Below are positions 18,276-26,864 of a DNA stretch of 28,022 nt, piece after piece. Where the stretch lies: positions 1-28,022 of the IMG/VR virus record IMGVR_UViG_3300020151_001173. One strand, 5' to 3'. The notes beneath the pieces are model-generated. The model saw only the letters and a program-made list of their open reading frames with translations, made no database searches and had not been told where the DNA came from. The DNA is from a virus (lineage: Duplodnaviria > Caudoviricetes). How positions within the stretch are numbered: position 1 is the first letter of the stretch; every line of letters begins with the position of its first letter. The translations under genes and the position numbers were made by a program.

Positions 18276-20036
18276 ATGAGCGATAAGTTTAAGTCACATA
18301 AAACAGTTGAACAAATTGCAAAGAAGCACCGTCTTGATGTTTCTGTTATACAAAAACAACTTGATATGGGAGAACCTATTGAACACGAACATACTCAAGA
18401 TCACGAACTGGCAAAATATATTGCCCTTCAGCATTTAAACGAAATACCAGATTATTATACTAGACTTAAAAAAATGGAGTCTTCTGCCAAAAAAGAGCAC
18501 AGGAGAAAGTTTAAAGACGTGAAAGAAGAGAATAAATCTGGAGATGAAGGTCTTCATGATTGGTTTAATAAATCAAAATCTTCTGATGGAAAAAGTGGAT
18601 GGGTTCAATTGGGCGGGAAGTGGTCAGGAAAACCATGTGCTCGTCAACCGGGACAAAAATCCACACCAAAGTGCGGAAGTTCTAAAATGAAAAGAAGTTT
18701 AAATGATAAAGAAGAAGAAGCAGCAAAGAGAAGAAAGAATCGTTTAGACCCAAATCAACCACAAAAAACTGGCGGAGCAAAGCCAACCAACGTTAAAACA
18801 GAAGAAATGAACTTACAAGAAGTAAAAGACAAACTAAGTAAGGATAGTGGGAAAAAAGACGCATGTTATCGTAAGGTAAAGTCTCGCTATGACGTTTGGC
18901 CAAGTGCATATGCATCTGGAGCACTTGTAAAATGTCGCAAAGTTGGTGCCGCAAACTGGGGAACTAAATCGGAGCAAACTATGCAAGAAGAAGAAAGATA
19001 TTGCCCATTATGTGATAAAAGAGAGACGAGATCCCAATGTTCTTACGGAGAAAAAACTTGGGATAAAGTTTCAGTAAAAGATGAAGAGTATTCAATGGCT
19101 CGTGGAGAACTTCAAACAATTACAAATGCAGTAAAAAGACTCCAAGCAAAAGTTGGTAAGGGGGAAGGTGATCTGGAAGCATGGGTACAGTCTAAGATCA
19201 CTAAAGCAGCGGATTATATCGACACTGCCGCAGATTATGTTGCGAGTGGAGAAATGGAGGAACAAAAACTTGTAGATAAAATATTAGACGAAATGAAATG
19301 TTGGACTGGATATGAAAAAAAGGGAACTCAAAAAATTTTTGGTAAGAAGTATAATAAATGTGTGAAAAAGGAAAATGTGACTATTGAAGACGCCGAAGGA
19401 AATACTTTTGCCGAAGTCATAGATCTGATACTTCCAGATAAAATTAAGGCAGACAAAAAAGAAATAGAAGAAGCAACAAGACTGTTAGCACAGACCGGTA
19501 ATGTTGTCGAAGTTACTCTAACTTGGAGAGGAAAATATTATACATTAAAAGTATTTTTCCCACAAATAAAACTTCCAACAAGAAAAGAAATAAACGCAGA
19601 ACTTCAAAAGGTATATCCAGGTTGTTCTATACTATATTACAGTGTTTCCGAAATTTCCTCTAGTGGACCCTTGATCCAAACAATTTCTCCCAGTGGAAGT
19701 TATGCAAAACCAGGGCCGTCAAAAAATTATGTGAAGACTATGGGAGAGCAATCCCAAGTACAAGAAGATTGGCAATCTGTAAATCGTAAAGATAATACGG
19801 ATGGTTTAAGTCAAAAAGCAGTAAATGCTTATCGCAAAGAAAATCCAGGTTCAAAATTAAAAACTGCAGTAATAAAAGATCCTTCAAAACTTAAAAAAGG
19901 ATCAAAAGATGCAAATCGCCGTAAGTCTTTTTGCTCAAGAATGAGTGGAATGAAAAAAAGACTGACTAGTGCAGAAACAGCAAGAGATCCAGATAGCAGA
20001 ATTAATAAGGCGTTAAGACGTTGGAATTGTAATTGA
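18276..20036 (+). CDS. Modular Lys/Cys-rich protein (586 aa), candidate internal head polyprotein; DUF5661-like N-terminus and DUF6321-like C-terminus
   Basis: Short basic modules are joined by Glu-rich linkers. MGxxIEHEHT...IALQHLNEIPDYYTRL and ENPGSKLK...RRKSFCSRMSG...SRINKALRRWNC resemble those DUFs, recognised from memory and not searched. Confidence 0.65.
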   Translation: MSDKFKSHKTVEQIAKKHRLDVSVIQKQLDMGEPIEHEHTQDHELAKYIALQHLNEIPDYYTRLKKMESSAKKEHRRKFKDVKEENKSGDEGLHDWFNKSKSSDGKSGWVQLGGKWSGKPCARQPGQKSTPKCGSSKMKRSLNDKEEEAAKRRKNRLDPNQPQKTGGAKPTNVKTEEMNLQEVKDKLSKDSGKKDACYRKVKSRYDVWPSAYASGALVKCRKVGAANWGTKSEQTMQEEERYCPLCDKRETRSQCSYGEKTWDKVSVKDEEYSMARGELQTITNAVKRLQAKVGKGEGDLEAWVQSKITKAADYIDTAADYVASGEMEEQKLVDKILDEMKCWTGYEKKGTQKIFGKKYNKCVKKENVTIEDAEGNTFAEVIDLILPDKIKADKKEIEEATRLLAQTGNVVEVTLTWRGKYYTLKVFFPQIKLPTRKEINAELQKVYPGCSILYYSVSEISSSGPLIQTISPSGSYAKPGPSKNYVKTMGEQSQVQEDWQSVNRKDNTDGLSQKAVNAYRKENPGSKLKTAVIKDPSKLKKGSKDANRRKSFCSRMSGMKKRLTSAETARDPDSRINKALRRWNCN

Positions 20037-20051
20037 AAAATAGGTTTTATT

Positions 20052-21695
20052 ATGGCTGAACATTATCTTGGTAATCCGCTTTTAAAAAAAGCAAATACTA
20101 TTGTTGAATTCACCGAAGATCAGGTTTTAGAGTTTGCTAGGTGTCAAAACGATCCCTTGTATTTTGCTAAAAATTATATTCAAATTGTAACTTTGGATTA
20201 TGGATTACAGCCGTTTAGGCCATATCCATTCCAAGAAAATATGATTGAAAGGTTTCATAACCACAGATTTAATGTTTGCAAACTGCCGCGTCAGTCAGGT
20301 AAATCGACCATTGTAGTATCATATTTACTTTATTATGCAATTTTTAATGACAACGTTAACATTGCAATTCTTGCCAACAAGGCATCTACCGCAAAAGATC
20401 TCTTAGACCGCCTTCAGACCGCTTACGAGAACCTCCCAAAGTGGTTACAGCAGGGGGTTATGACATGGAACAAAGCATCTTTAGAACTTGAAAATGGATC
20501 AAAAATTATTGCTGCTTCCACATCAGCTTCTGCAGTTCGTGGTGGATCATATAACATCATCTTCCTCGACGAATTTGCCTTTATTCCCAACCATATTGCT
20601 GATCAGTTTTTCAGTTCAGTTTATCCTACTATTTCTTCCGGTAAAAACACCAAAGTAATTATTGTTTCTACCCCTCATGGGATGAATCATTTTTATAAAA
20701 TTTGGCATGACGCAGAAAGAAAGAAAAATGAATATATTCCAACAGATGTTCATTGGTCTGAAGTTCCCGGAAGAGACGAAAAATGGAAACAACAGACTAT
20801 TTCAAATACTTCAGAACAACAATTTAAAGTAGAATTTGAATGTGAATTTTTAGGTTCCGTAGATACTTTAATTGCACCAAGTAAATTGAGAAATATGGTT
20901 TATGACAGCGCAATTACTAAAAGTGCTGGTTTAGACATATACGAGGAAGTTATAGAAGATCACGAATACTTATTAACAGTTGACGTTGCAAGAGGAGTTG
21001 GTAACGACTATTCAGCTTTTGTTGTTGTCGATATAACAACATTCCCACATAAAGTAGTAGCAAAATATAAAAATAATGAAATAAAACCAATGCTATTTCC
21101 CAGCATTATACATGAGGTCGCTAAAAGCTATAACAAAGCATTCGTATTATGCGAAGTTAATGATGTTGGTGATCAAGTTGCTTCAATTTTAAATTATGAT
21201 TTGGAATACCAAAATGTTCTTATGTGTTCTATGCGAGGAAGAGCGGGGCAAATAGTTGGACAAGGATTTTCTGGCAAAAAAACTCAACTTGGAGTCAAAA
21301 TGTCAAAAACCGTGAAAAAAGTTGGTTGTTTAAATCTTAAAACTCTTATAGAAGAAGACAAAATATTAATAAAAGATTATGATATTATTAGCGAATTAAC
21401 AACTTTTATTCAAAAACACAATTCATTTGAAGCAGAAGAAGGTTGCAATGACGACTTAGCAATGTGTTTGGTAATATATGCCTGGTTAGTACTGCAAGAT
21501 TATTTTAAAGAGTTGACAGATCAAGATGTACGAAAAAGGTTGTATGAGGAACAAAAAAATCAAATAGAACAAGATATGGCACCATTTGGATTTGTTTCTA
21601 CAGCAATTGATACAGAAAGTTTTGTAGATGTTGATGGAGATAGGTGGTTCACTGACGAGTATGGTGACGCATCTTATATGTGGGACTATATGTAA
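20052..21695 (+). CDS. g17: Terminase large subunit (T4 gp17 homologue)
   Basis: It has YLGNPLLKKAN, Walker A LPRQSGKS, Walker B IIFLDEFAF, motif III IVSTPHG, and RNase H-like nuclease motifs TVDVARGVGNDYSAF and NDDL. Confidence 0.98.
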   Translation: MAEHYLGNPLLKKANTIVEFTEDQVLEFARCQNDPLYFAKNYIQIVTLDYGLQPFRPYPFQENMIERFHNHRFNVCKLPRQSGKSTIVVSYLLYYAIFNDNVNIAILANKASTAKDLLDRLQTAYENLPKWLQQGVMTWNKASLELENGSKIIAASTSASAVRGGSYNIIFLDEFAFIPNHIADQFFSSVYPTISSGKNTKVIIVSTPHGMNHFYKIWHDAERKKNEYIPTDVHWSEVPGRDEKWKQQTISNTSEQQFKVEFECEFLGSVDTLIAPSKLRNMVYDSAITKSAGLDIYEEVIEDHEYLLTVDVARGVGNDYSAFVVVDITTFPHKVVAKYKNNEIKPMLFPSIIHEVAKSYNKAFVLCEVNDVGDQVASILNYDLEYQNVLMCSMRGRAGQIVGQGFSGKKTQLGVKMSKTVKKVGCLNLKTLIEEDKILIKDYDIISELTTFIQKHNSFEAEEGCNDDLAMCLVIYAWLVLQDYFKELTDQDVRKRLYEEQKNQIEQDMAPFGFVSTAIDTESFVDVDGDRWFTDEYGDASYMWDYM

Positions 21696-21706
21696 ATCCA
21701 GTTTTT

Positions 21707-21714
21707 AATAAATA
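21707..21714 (+). promoter_or_regulatory. T4-type late promoter (AATAAATA)
   Basis: 7/8 consensus match in the g17-g18 intergenic region. Confidence 0.7.
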
Positions 21715-21749
21715 TTTTTTAGATAAACTGAGATTTTACGGAGAAAAAC

Positions 21750-23936
21750 ATGGCGACTCCTCAATTATCTCCCGGTGTACTTACGAGGGAAGTTGATTTA
21801 ACTGTTGGGAGAGCTGATAATGTTTTAGATAACATCGGAGCTATTGCGGGTCCTTTCGTTCAAGGTCCAGTAGAACAACCCATTGACATCAGCACAGAGC
21901 AAGAATTGATAAATGTCTTTGGAAAACCAAAAACAACAGATTCTCAATATGAGTATTGGATGAGTGCATCATCATATCTTTCTTATGGTGGGGTTCTTAA
22001 AGTAGTTAGAACTAATGGAGCAACATTAAATTGCGCAAATGCTGGAGTAGGTTCTGCATATTCAAGCACCCTGAACATAAAGAATTATGATGATTATAAT
22101 ACAAATCACTCATCAGATGCTGTAGGATATACTTTTTCTTCAAAAAATGCAGGAACTTGGTCCAACGACTTAAAAGTTTGTTTTATTGACGATAAAGCTG
22201 ACCAAATTATTGGAATCAATACCACTAATCCTGGAGCATTAGGTGCTGTAATTGGATATGGTGTCACAACGGCAATAATCAATGCTGTTGTTCCAGGAGC
22301 TGGAACAACTTCAACATTTAATGGTTATTTAAAAGCAATTATCACTGGTGTAACTACAGATTCTGTTAATGGTTCAAGCACAATTGATGTAAAGATTGTT
22401 TCTAGAGTTTCTTCTGCAGGAACGGAAGCTTTAATCGATTATAGTCAAGGAAGTGCGATTTCTTCATTTGAAGTTAGTGATACTCTTGCATTTGTTAACA
22501 ATTCGGGAATAACAACCGGAACTTCCACAGCAGCTTCAATTTCTGATTGGTATGGAAGTCAGACTCTTGGACTAACAAATAGCACTGTATATTGGGCATC
22601 AATTGCACAAAAACCAGTATCTAATAATTATTCAACTGAAAGAAATGGAAAAAACGACGCAATGCACATTGTTGTTGTCGATGATTCTGGAGCAGTAACT
22701 GGAATCAGAGGAAATATTCTAGAAAAGCATATTGGAATTTCAAAAGCTGCAGATTCGGTTTCGTTAGTAAATTCTCCCCAAAAAATTTGGTACAAGAATT
22801 ATCTTGCAAATTTCTCTTCATACATCTATAGCGGAAAAAATCCTTCTTCTGTATATGATGCATATCACGGAACAAATCCAGTAGCTACTGGATTCTATTC
22901 TGGATTTACTCCATATACAATAAATCAAGGTCTATGGGGATCTAACGCACAAGGAGTGGTCTTTAGTGCAATTGGAAATAAAACTTATACTCTGATTGGA
23001 GGTAAAGATTATTCAGCTTCTAATGGTTTTAAGACAACTTTAGGAGATCTTTCAACTGCATACGATCTATTCTCAAATAAAGATCAAGTAGCAGTTGATT
23101 ATTTAATTTGTGGACCTGGACTAGATTCAGAATTCGAATCCCAATCAAAAGCAAACAAATTAATTGCAATTGCAGAACTTAGAAAAGATTGTATGGCGGT
23201 TATTTCGCCACATAGAGCCAATGTTGTAGATCTGACGAATACAACAACTCAAACAGACAATATAGTTAGATTCTTTAGTTCTATAAGTTCCACATCATAT
23301 GCGGTATTTGATTCTGGTTATAAGTACACTTATGATCGTTTTAATAATTTATTCCGTTACATACCATGCAATGCAGACATTGCTGGTTTAATGATGAGAA
23401 CAAATGTCGTTTCTTATCCATGGTTCTCTCCTGCAGGTCAGCAAAGAGGTATTTTAAATAATGCAGTCAAGCTTGCATATAACCCAAATAAGGCACAAAG
23501 AGACAAACTTTATTCATCAAGAGTTAATAGCATTGTAACTCAACCTGGAGTGGGAACACTTCTATTTGGAGATAAAACTGGTCTTGGATATGCTTCTGCT
23601 TTCGATAGAATTAACGTTCGTCGTCTATTCCTTACAGTCGAACAAGCATTAGAAAGAGCTGCTCAAGCACAGTTGTTTGAATTGAATGATCAAATTACTA
23701 GAGCAAACTTTGTTAATATAATTGAGCCATATTTGCGCGATGTTCAGGCAAAAAGAGGTCTTTATGACTTTTTAGTTGTCTGCGATGAAACTAATAATAC
23801 TCCAGATATTATTGACAATAATGAATTTAGAGCAGACATATTCTTAAAGCCAACAAAATCAATTAATTATGTAACTTTGACATTCGTAGCTACTCGCACT
23901 GGTGTCAGCTTCGAAGAAGTTGCTGGTAGGGTTTGA
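21750..23936 (+). CDS. g18: Contractile tail sheath protein (T4 gp18 homologue)
   Basis: It has LSPGVLTREVDLT, PWFSPAG, FGDKT...SAFDRINVRRLF and IFLKPTKSINYVTLTFVATRTGVSFEE. Confidence 0.98.
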   Translation: MATPQLSPGVLTREVDLTVGRADNVLDNIGAIAGPFVQGPVEQPIDISTEQELINVFGKPKTTDSQYEYWMSASSYLSYGGVLKVVRTNGATLNCANAGVGSAYSSTLNIKNYDDYNTNHSSDAVGYTFSSKNAGTWSNDLKVCFIDDKADQIIGINTTNPGALGAVIGYGVTTAIINAVVPGAGTTSTFNGYLKAIITGVTTDSVNGSSTIDVKIVSRVSSAGTEALIDYSQGSAISSFEVSDTLAFVNNSGITTGTSTAASISDWYGSQTLGLTNSTVYWASIAQKPVSNNYSTERNGKNDAMHIVVVDDSGAVTGIRGNILEKHIGISKAADSVSLVNSPQKIWYKNYLANFSSYIYSGKNPSSVYDAYHGTNPVATGFYSGFTPYTINQGLWGSNAQGVVFSAIGNKTYTLIGGKDYSASNGFKTTLGDLSTAYDLFSNKDQVAVDYLICGPGLDSEFESQSKANKLIAIAELRKDCMAVISPHRANVVDLTNTTTQTDNIVRFFSSISSTSYAVFDSGYKYTYDRFNNLFRYIPCNADIAGLMMRTNVVSYPWFSPAGQQRGILNNAVKLAYNPNKAQRDKLYSSRVNSIVTQPGVGTLLFGDKTGLGYASAFDRINVRRLFLTVEQALERAAQAQLFELNDQITRANFVNIIEPYLRDVQAKRGLYDFLVVCDETNNTPDIIDNNEFRADIFLKPTKSINYVTLTFVATRTGVSFEEVAGRV

Positions 23937-23972
23937 TTTTAACTTTAATTAACCACAAAGGAGGAAAGTAAA

Positions 23973-24593
23973 ATGGCAACTATTCCAGTAAGAGGAATCT
24001 CAGCAATGAAAGGGGCGCTAGTTGGTGGAGGCGCCCGCCCCAATCTATTTGAAGTTCAGGTAACATTTCCAGCTTCTTTACCAGCAAATATTCAATCTGA
24101 TGGAGCTACAACTTTTGATTCTGAGAATTTTAGATTCTTATGTAAAGCAGCAGCTTTACCCGCATCTAATGTATCTCCTATTGATGTGCCATTTAGAGGT
24201 AGAATTTTGAAAGTTGCAGGCGATCGAACATTCGATACCTGGACAGTAACTGTTATTAATGACGAAAACTTTGCTCATAGAAGATCATTCGAATCTTGGA
24301 TGCAAAGTGTTGCACAATACTCAAATCATACTGGATTAACAAATCCAAATGATTATATGGGACAAGCAACAGTTTATCAACTTGGAAGAGGAGCTGTTTC
24401 AAAAGAAAATTCCGCAAACGCATCTACGACCTCAAATGCAAGCATTCTTGCGCAATACAGGTTTGTAGATATTTTCCCAACTAATGTTTCCCAGATTGAT
24501 CTTTCATATGATTCGTCGGATACTATTGAAGAATTTACAGTGGAATTCCAAGTACAATACTTCTACCCCGAAAAGGCAGGTAGCGGTAGCTGA
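23973..24593 (+). CDS. g19: Tail tube protein (T4 gp19 homologue)
   Basis: It has GGARPNLFEV, CKAAALPAS, GRILKVAGDRTFDTWTVT and IEEFTVEFQ. An AAGGAGG Shine-Dalgarno precedes it, and it follows g18. Confidence 0.97.
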   Translation: MATIPVRGISAMKGALVGGGARPNLFEVQVTFPASLPANIQSDGATTFDSENFRFLCKAAALPASNVSPIDVPFRGRILKVAGDRTFDTWTVTVINDENFAHRRSFESWMQSVAQYSNHTGLTNPNDYMGQATVYQLGRGAVSKENSANASTTSNASILAQYRFVDIFPTNVSQIDLSYDSSDTIEEFTVEFQVQYFYPEKAGSGS

Positions 24594-24599
24594 TAAATA
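24592..24599 (+). promoter_or_regulatory. T4-type late promoter (GATAAATA)
   Basis: 7/8 consensus match, overlaps the g19 TGA, 30 nt before the g20 ATG. Confidence 0.7.
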
Positions 24600-24629
24600 G
24601 TACAAGTTTATAGGGTTTAACATTTAATC

Positions 24630-26315
24630 ATGTCGAAGTTATTCGGTTTCTCAATTGAAGATAGCTCTAATAAATTATCACCCACAACCGTATCTCCTGT
24701 TCCACCAAACAACGAAGATGAGGTAGATCATTATTTAAGTTCCGGTTTTTTTGGATCTTATGTAGATATTGAGGGTGTATATAGAACTGAATTTGATTTG
24801 ATAAAAAGATATCGAGAAATGGCACTTCACCCAGAATGTGATAGTGCCATTGAAGATATTGTAAATGAGGCTGTGGTCTCAGATTCTAATGATTCTCCGG
24901 TAGAAATAGAACTTTCAAATCTTAATGCAAGTGATGGAATAAAAAAGAAAATAAGAGAAGAATTTAAATATATTTTAGAATTATTGGATTTTGATAGAAA
25001 ATCTCACGAAATTTATAGAAACTGGTATGTTGACGGAAGGCTATATTACCACAAAATAATTGACTTAAAAAATCCCCAAGCAGGAATTCAAGAACTCAGA
25101 TACATAGACGCAATGAAAATGCGTTATGTTAGACAACAAAAGCAAAAAGAAGAGGATAAAAAGTCATATAGACTGGCAAATGTAAATAGCGATAATCCAA
25201 TGGATTATGAATTTCCCGAGATTCAGGAATATTTTGTATATAATCCAAAAATGACATATCCAACCTCAAATCCTTCTTCCATGGGTGGGGGTGGAATTAA
25301 ATTTTCTCGAGATTCAATTACGTATTGCACTTCTGGATTGGTAGACAGAAATAAAGGATCAACACTTTCATATCTACACAAGGCAATCAAATCTCTCAAT
25401 CAACTAAGAATGATTGAAGATTCTCTTGTAATTTATAGATTGTCTCGCGCACCCGAACGTCGTATTTTTTACATTGATGTTGGCAATCTTCCCAAGGTAA
25501 AGGCAGAGCAATATCTTCGTGACGTTATGATGAGATATCGTAATAAACTTGTATATGATGCTTCGACCGGAGAAATTCGTGATGATAAAAAATTTGTCAG
25601 TATGCTTGAAGATTTTTGGCTCCCTCGCCGCGAAGGTGGCAGAGGAACTGAAATCACCACACTTCCAGGTGGACAAAATCTAGGAGAAATTACTGATATT
25701 AAGTATTTCCAAGAAAAATTATACAGATCTTTGAATGTGCCATCAACAAGAATTGGTGGAGAAAGTGGATTTAACCTGGGACGTTCTTCAGAAATATTAA
25801 GAGATGAGCTCAAATTTACTAAATTTGTAGCAAGATTAAGGAAAAGATTTTCTTACATGTTTAATGATATGCTGAAGACTCAGCTTATATTAAAAAATAT
25901 TATTACCCCAAACGATTGGGATAGAATGGGTGAGCACATACAATATAACTTCCTATACGATAATCATTTCTCAGAACTAAAAGACGCAGAACTCCTCACG
26001 GAAAGATTAAATTTAGTTGCTACTGCAGAACCTTATGTTGGAAAATATTTTTCTCAGGATTATGTAAGAAGAAAAATTCTTAGACAGACTGATTTGGAAA
26101 TCGTTGAAGAAGATAAGATTATTAAAAAAGAAATTGAATCTGGCATTATTCCCGACCCAAATGCTCCGATAGATCCAGCTACAGGAATGCCAATGGATCA
26201 AGGTAGTGATATGGATTTGGGACAACCCGTAATGGAACCAGATTTAAATTCAGATTCTTCTCAAGTAGAAGTAAGTGATAAATCAATGGAACTTCCTAAA
26301 GGGGGAAAGATTTGA
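24630..26315 (+). CDS. g20: Portal vertex protein (T4 gp20 homologue)
   Basis: It has WYVDGR, IYRLSRAPERRIFYIDVGNLP, EDFWLPRREGGRGTEITTLPGGQNLG and RDELKF. Confidence 0.98.
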   Translation: MSKLFGFSIEDSSNKLSPTTVSPVPPNNEDEVDHYLSSGFFGSYVDIEGVYRTEFDLIKRYREMALHPECDSAIEDIVNEAVVSDSNDSPVEIELSNLNASDGIKKKIREEFKYILELLDFDRKSHEIYRNWYVDGRLYYHKIIDLKNPQAGIQELRYIDAMKMRYVRQQKQKEEDKKSYRLANVNSDNPMDYEFPEIQEYFVYNPKMTYPTSNPSSMGGGGIKFSRDSITYCTSGLVDRNKGSTLSYLHKAIKSLNQLRMIEDSLVIYRLSRAPERRIFYIDVGNLPKVKAEQYLRDVMMRYRNKLVYDASTGEIRDDKKFVSMLEDFWLPRREGGRGTEITTLPGGQNLGEITDIKYFQEKLYRSLNVPSTRIGGESGFNLGRSSEILRDELKFTKFVARLRKRFSYMFNDMLKTQLILKNIITPNDWDRMGEHIQYNFLYDNHFSELKDAELLTERLNLVATAEPYVGKYFSQDYVRRKILRQTDLEIVEEDKIIKKEIESGIIPDPNAPIDPATGMPMDQGSDMDLGQPVMEPDLNSDSSQVEVSDKSMELPKGGKI

Positions 26316-26325
26316 TTCATAATAA

Positions 26326-26333
26326 CATAAATA
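26326..26333 (+). promoter_or_regulatory. T4-type late promoter (CATAAATA)
   Basis: 7/8 consensus match, 24 nt before ATG 26358. Confidence 0.65.
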
Positions 26334-26357
26334 TAAAAAATTACAAATTTAATTAAA

Positions 26358-26540
26358 ATGGAAGAACTTCTTGATATGATTGCTGCTGAGGAATCGCCTT
26401 ATCAAATTAGCGATAAAATTAAAGATATTTTATTTGCAAAGTCAGCAGAAAAAATAGAAACCATACGACCCGCAATTTCAAATTCAATGTTTGGACTTGA
26501 ATCAGAAGACGTGGAAACAGAAACTACAGAAAACTACTAA
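26358..26540 (+). CDS. Small acidic protein, probable prohead core protein (gp67-like)
   Basis: 60 aa, helical with an acidic tail, directly downstream of g20 where T4 has g67. The call rests on synteny. Confidence 0.6.
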   Translation: MEELLDMIAAEESPYQISDKIKDILFAKSAEKIETIRPAISNSMFGLESEDVETETTENY

Positions 26541-26541
26541 T

Positions 26542-26862
26542 ATGAAATCATTCAAGCAATTTATATCTGAATCAGTTAATATTGCTGGTGATTTTACTGG
26601 AAATCTTTATATTAATTCTCAACCAGAACAAACCCAACAAGTTGGTGAGAGTTATGTTGCCGATATAATGTGGCAAGGAAATCTTTATAGATTAGATCTA
26701 GTAACTAATTCCGGAGTTCCTTCAAAACAAGAACTTGGGGAACAACTTCAAAAAGAATATCCTGGTGCGATGGTTCATAACATTTATCCAGCAGAAGAAA
26801 AAAACTTTAATATTAAAAACGCAAAAAGATACCACCCATCGAAGTTGGAATGGATTGATTAA
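26542..26862 (+). CDS. Probable internal head protein with capsid-targeting sequence (106 aa)
   Basis: ATG at 26542 lies one base after the upstream TAA. The N-terminus MKSFKQFISE resembles the T4 internal-protein CTS MKTYQEFIAE. The ORF-track start at 26491 overlaps the previous gene. Confidence 0.7.
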   Translation: MKSFKQFISESVNIAGDFTGNLYINSQPEQTQQVGESYVADIMWQGNLYRLDLVTNSGVPSKQELGEQLQKEYPGAMVHNIYPAEEKNFNIKNAKRYHPSKLEWID

Positions 26863-26864
26863 TC

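Noticed and set aside
20052-26315. Introns, inteins or homing endonucleases in g17-g20
   Set aside because: The genes are continuous and of ordinary length, with no splicing or endonuclease motifs seen.
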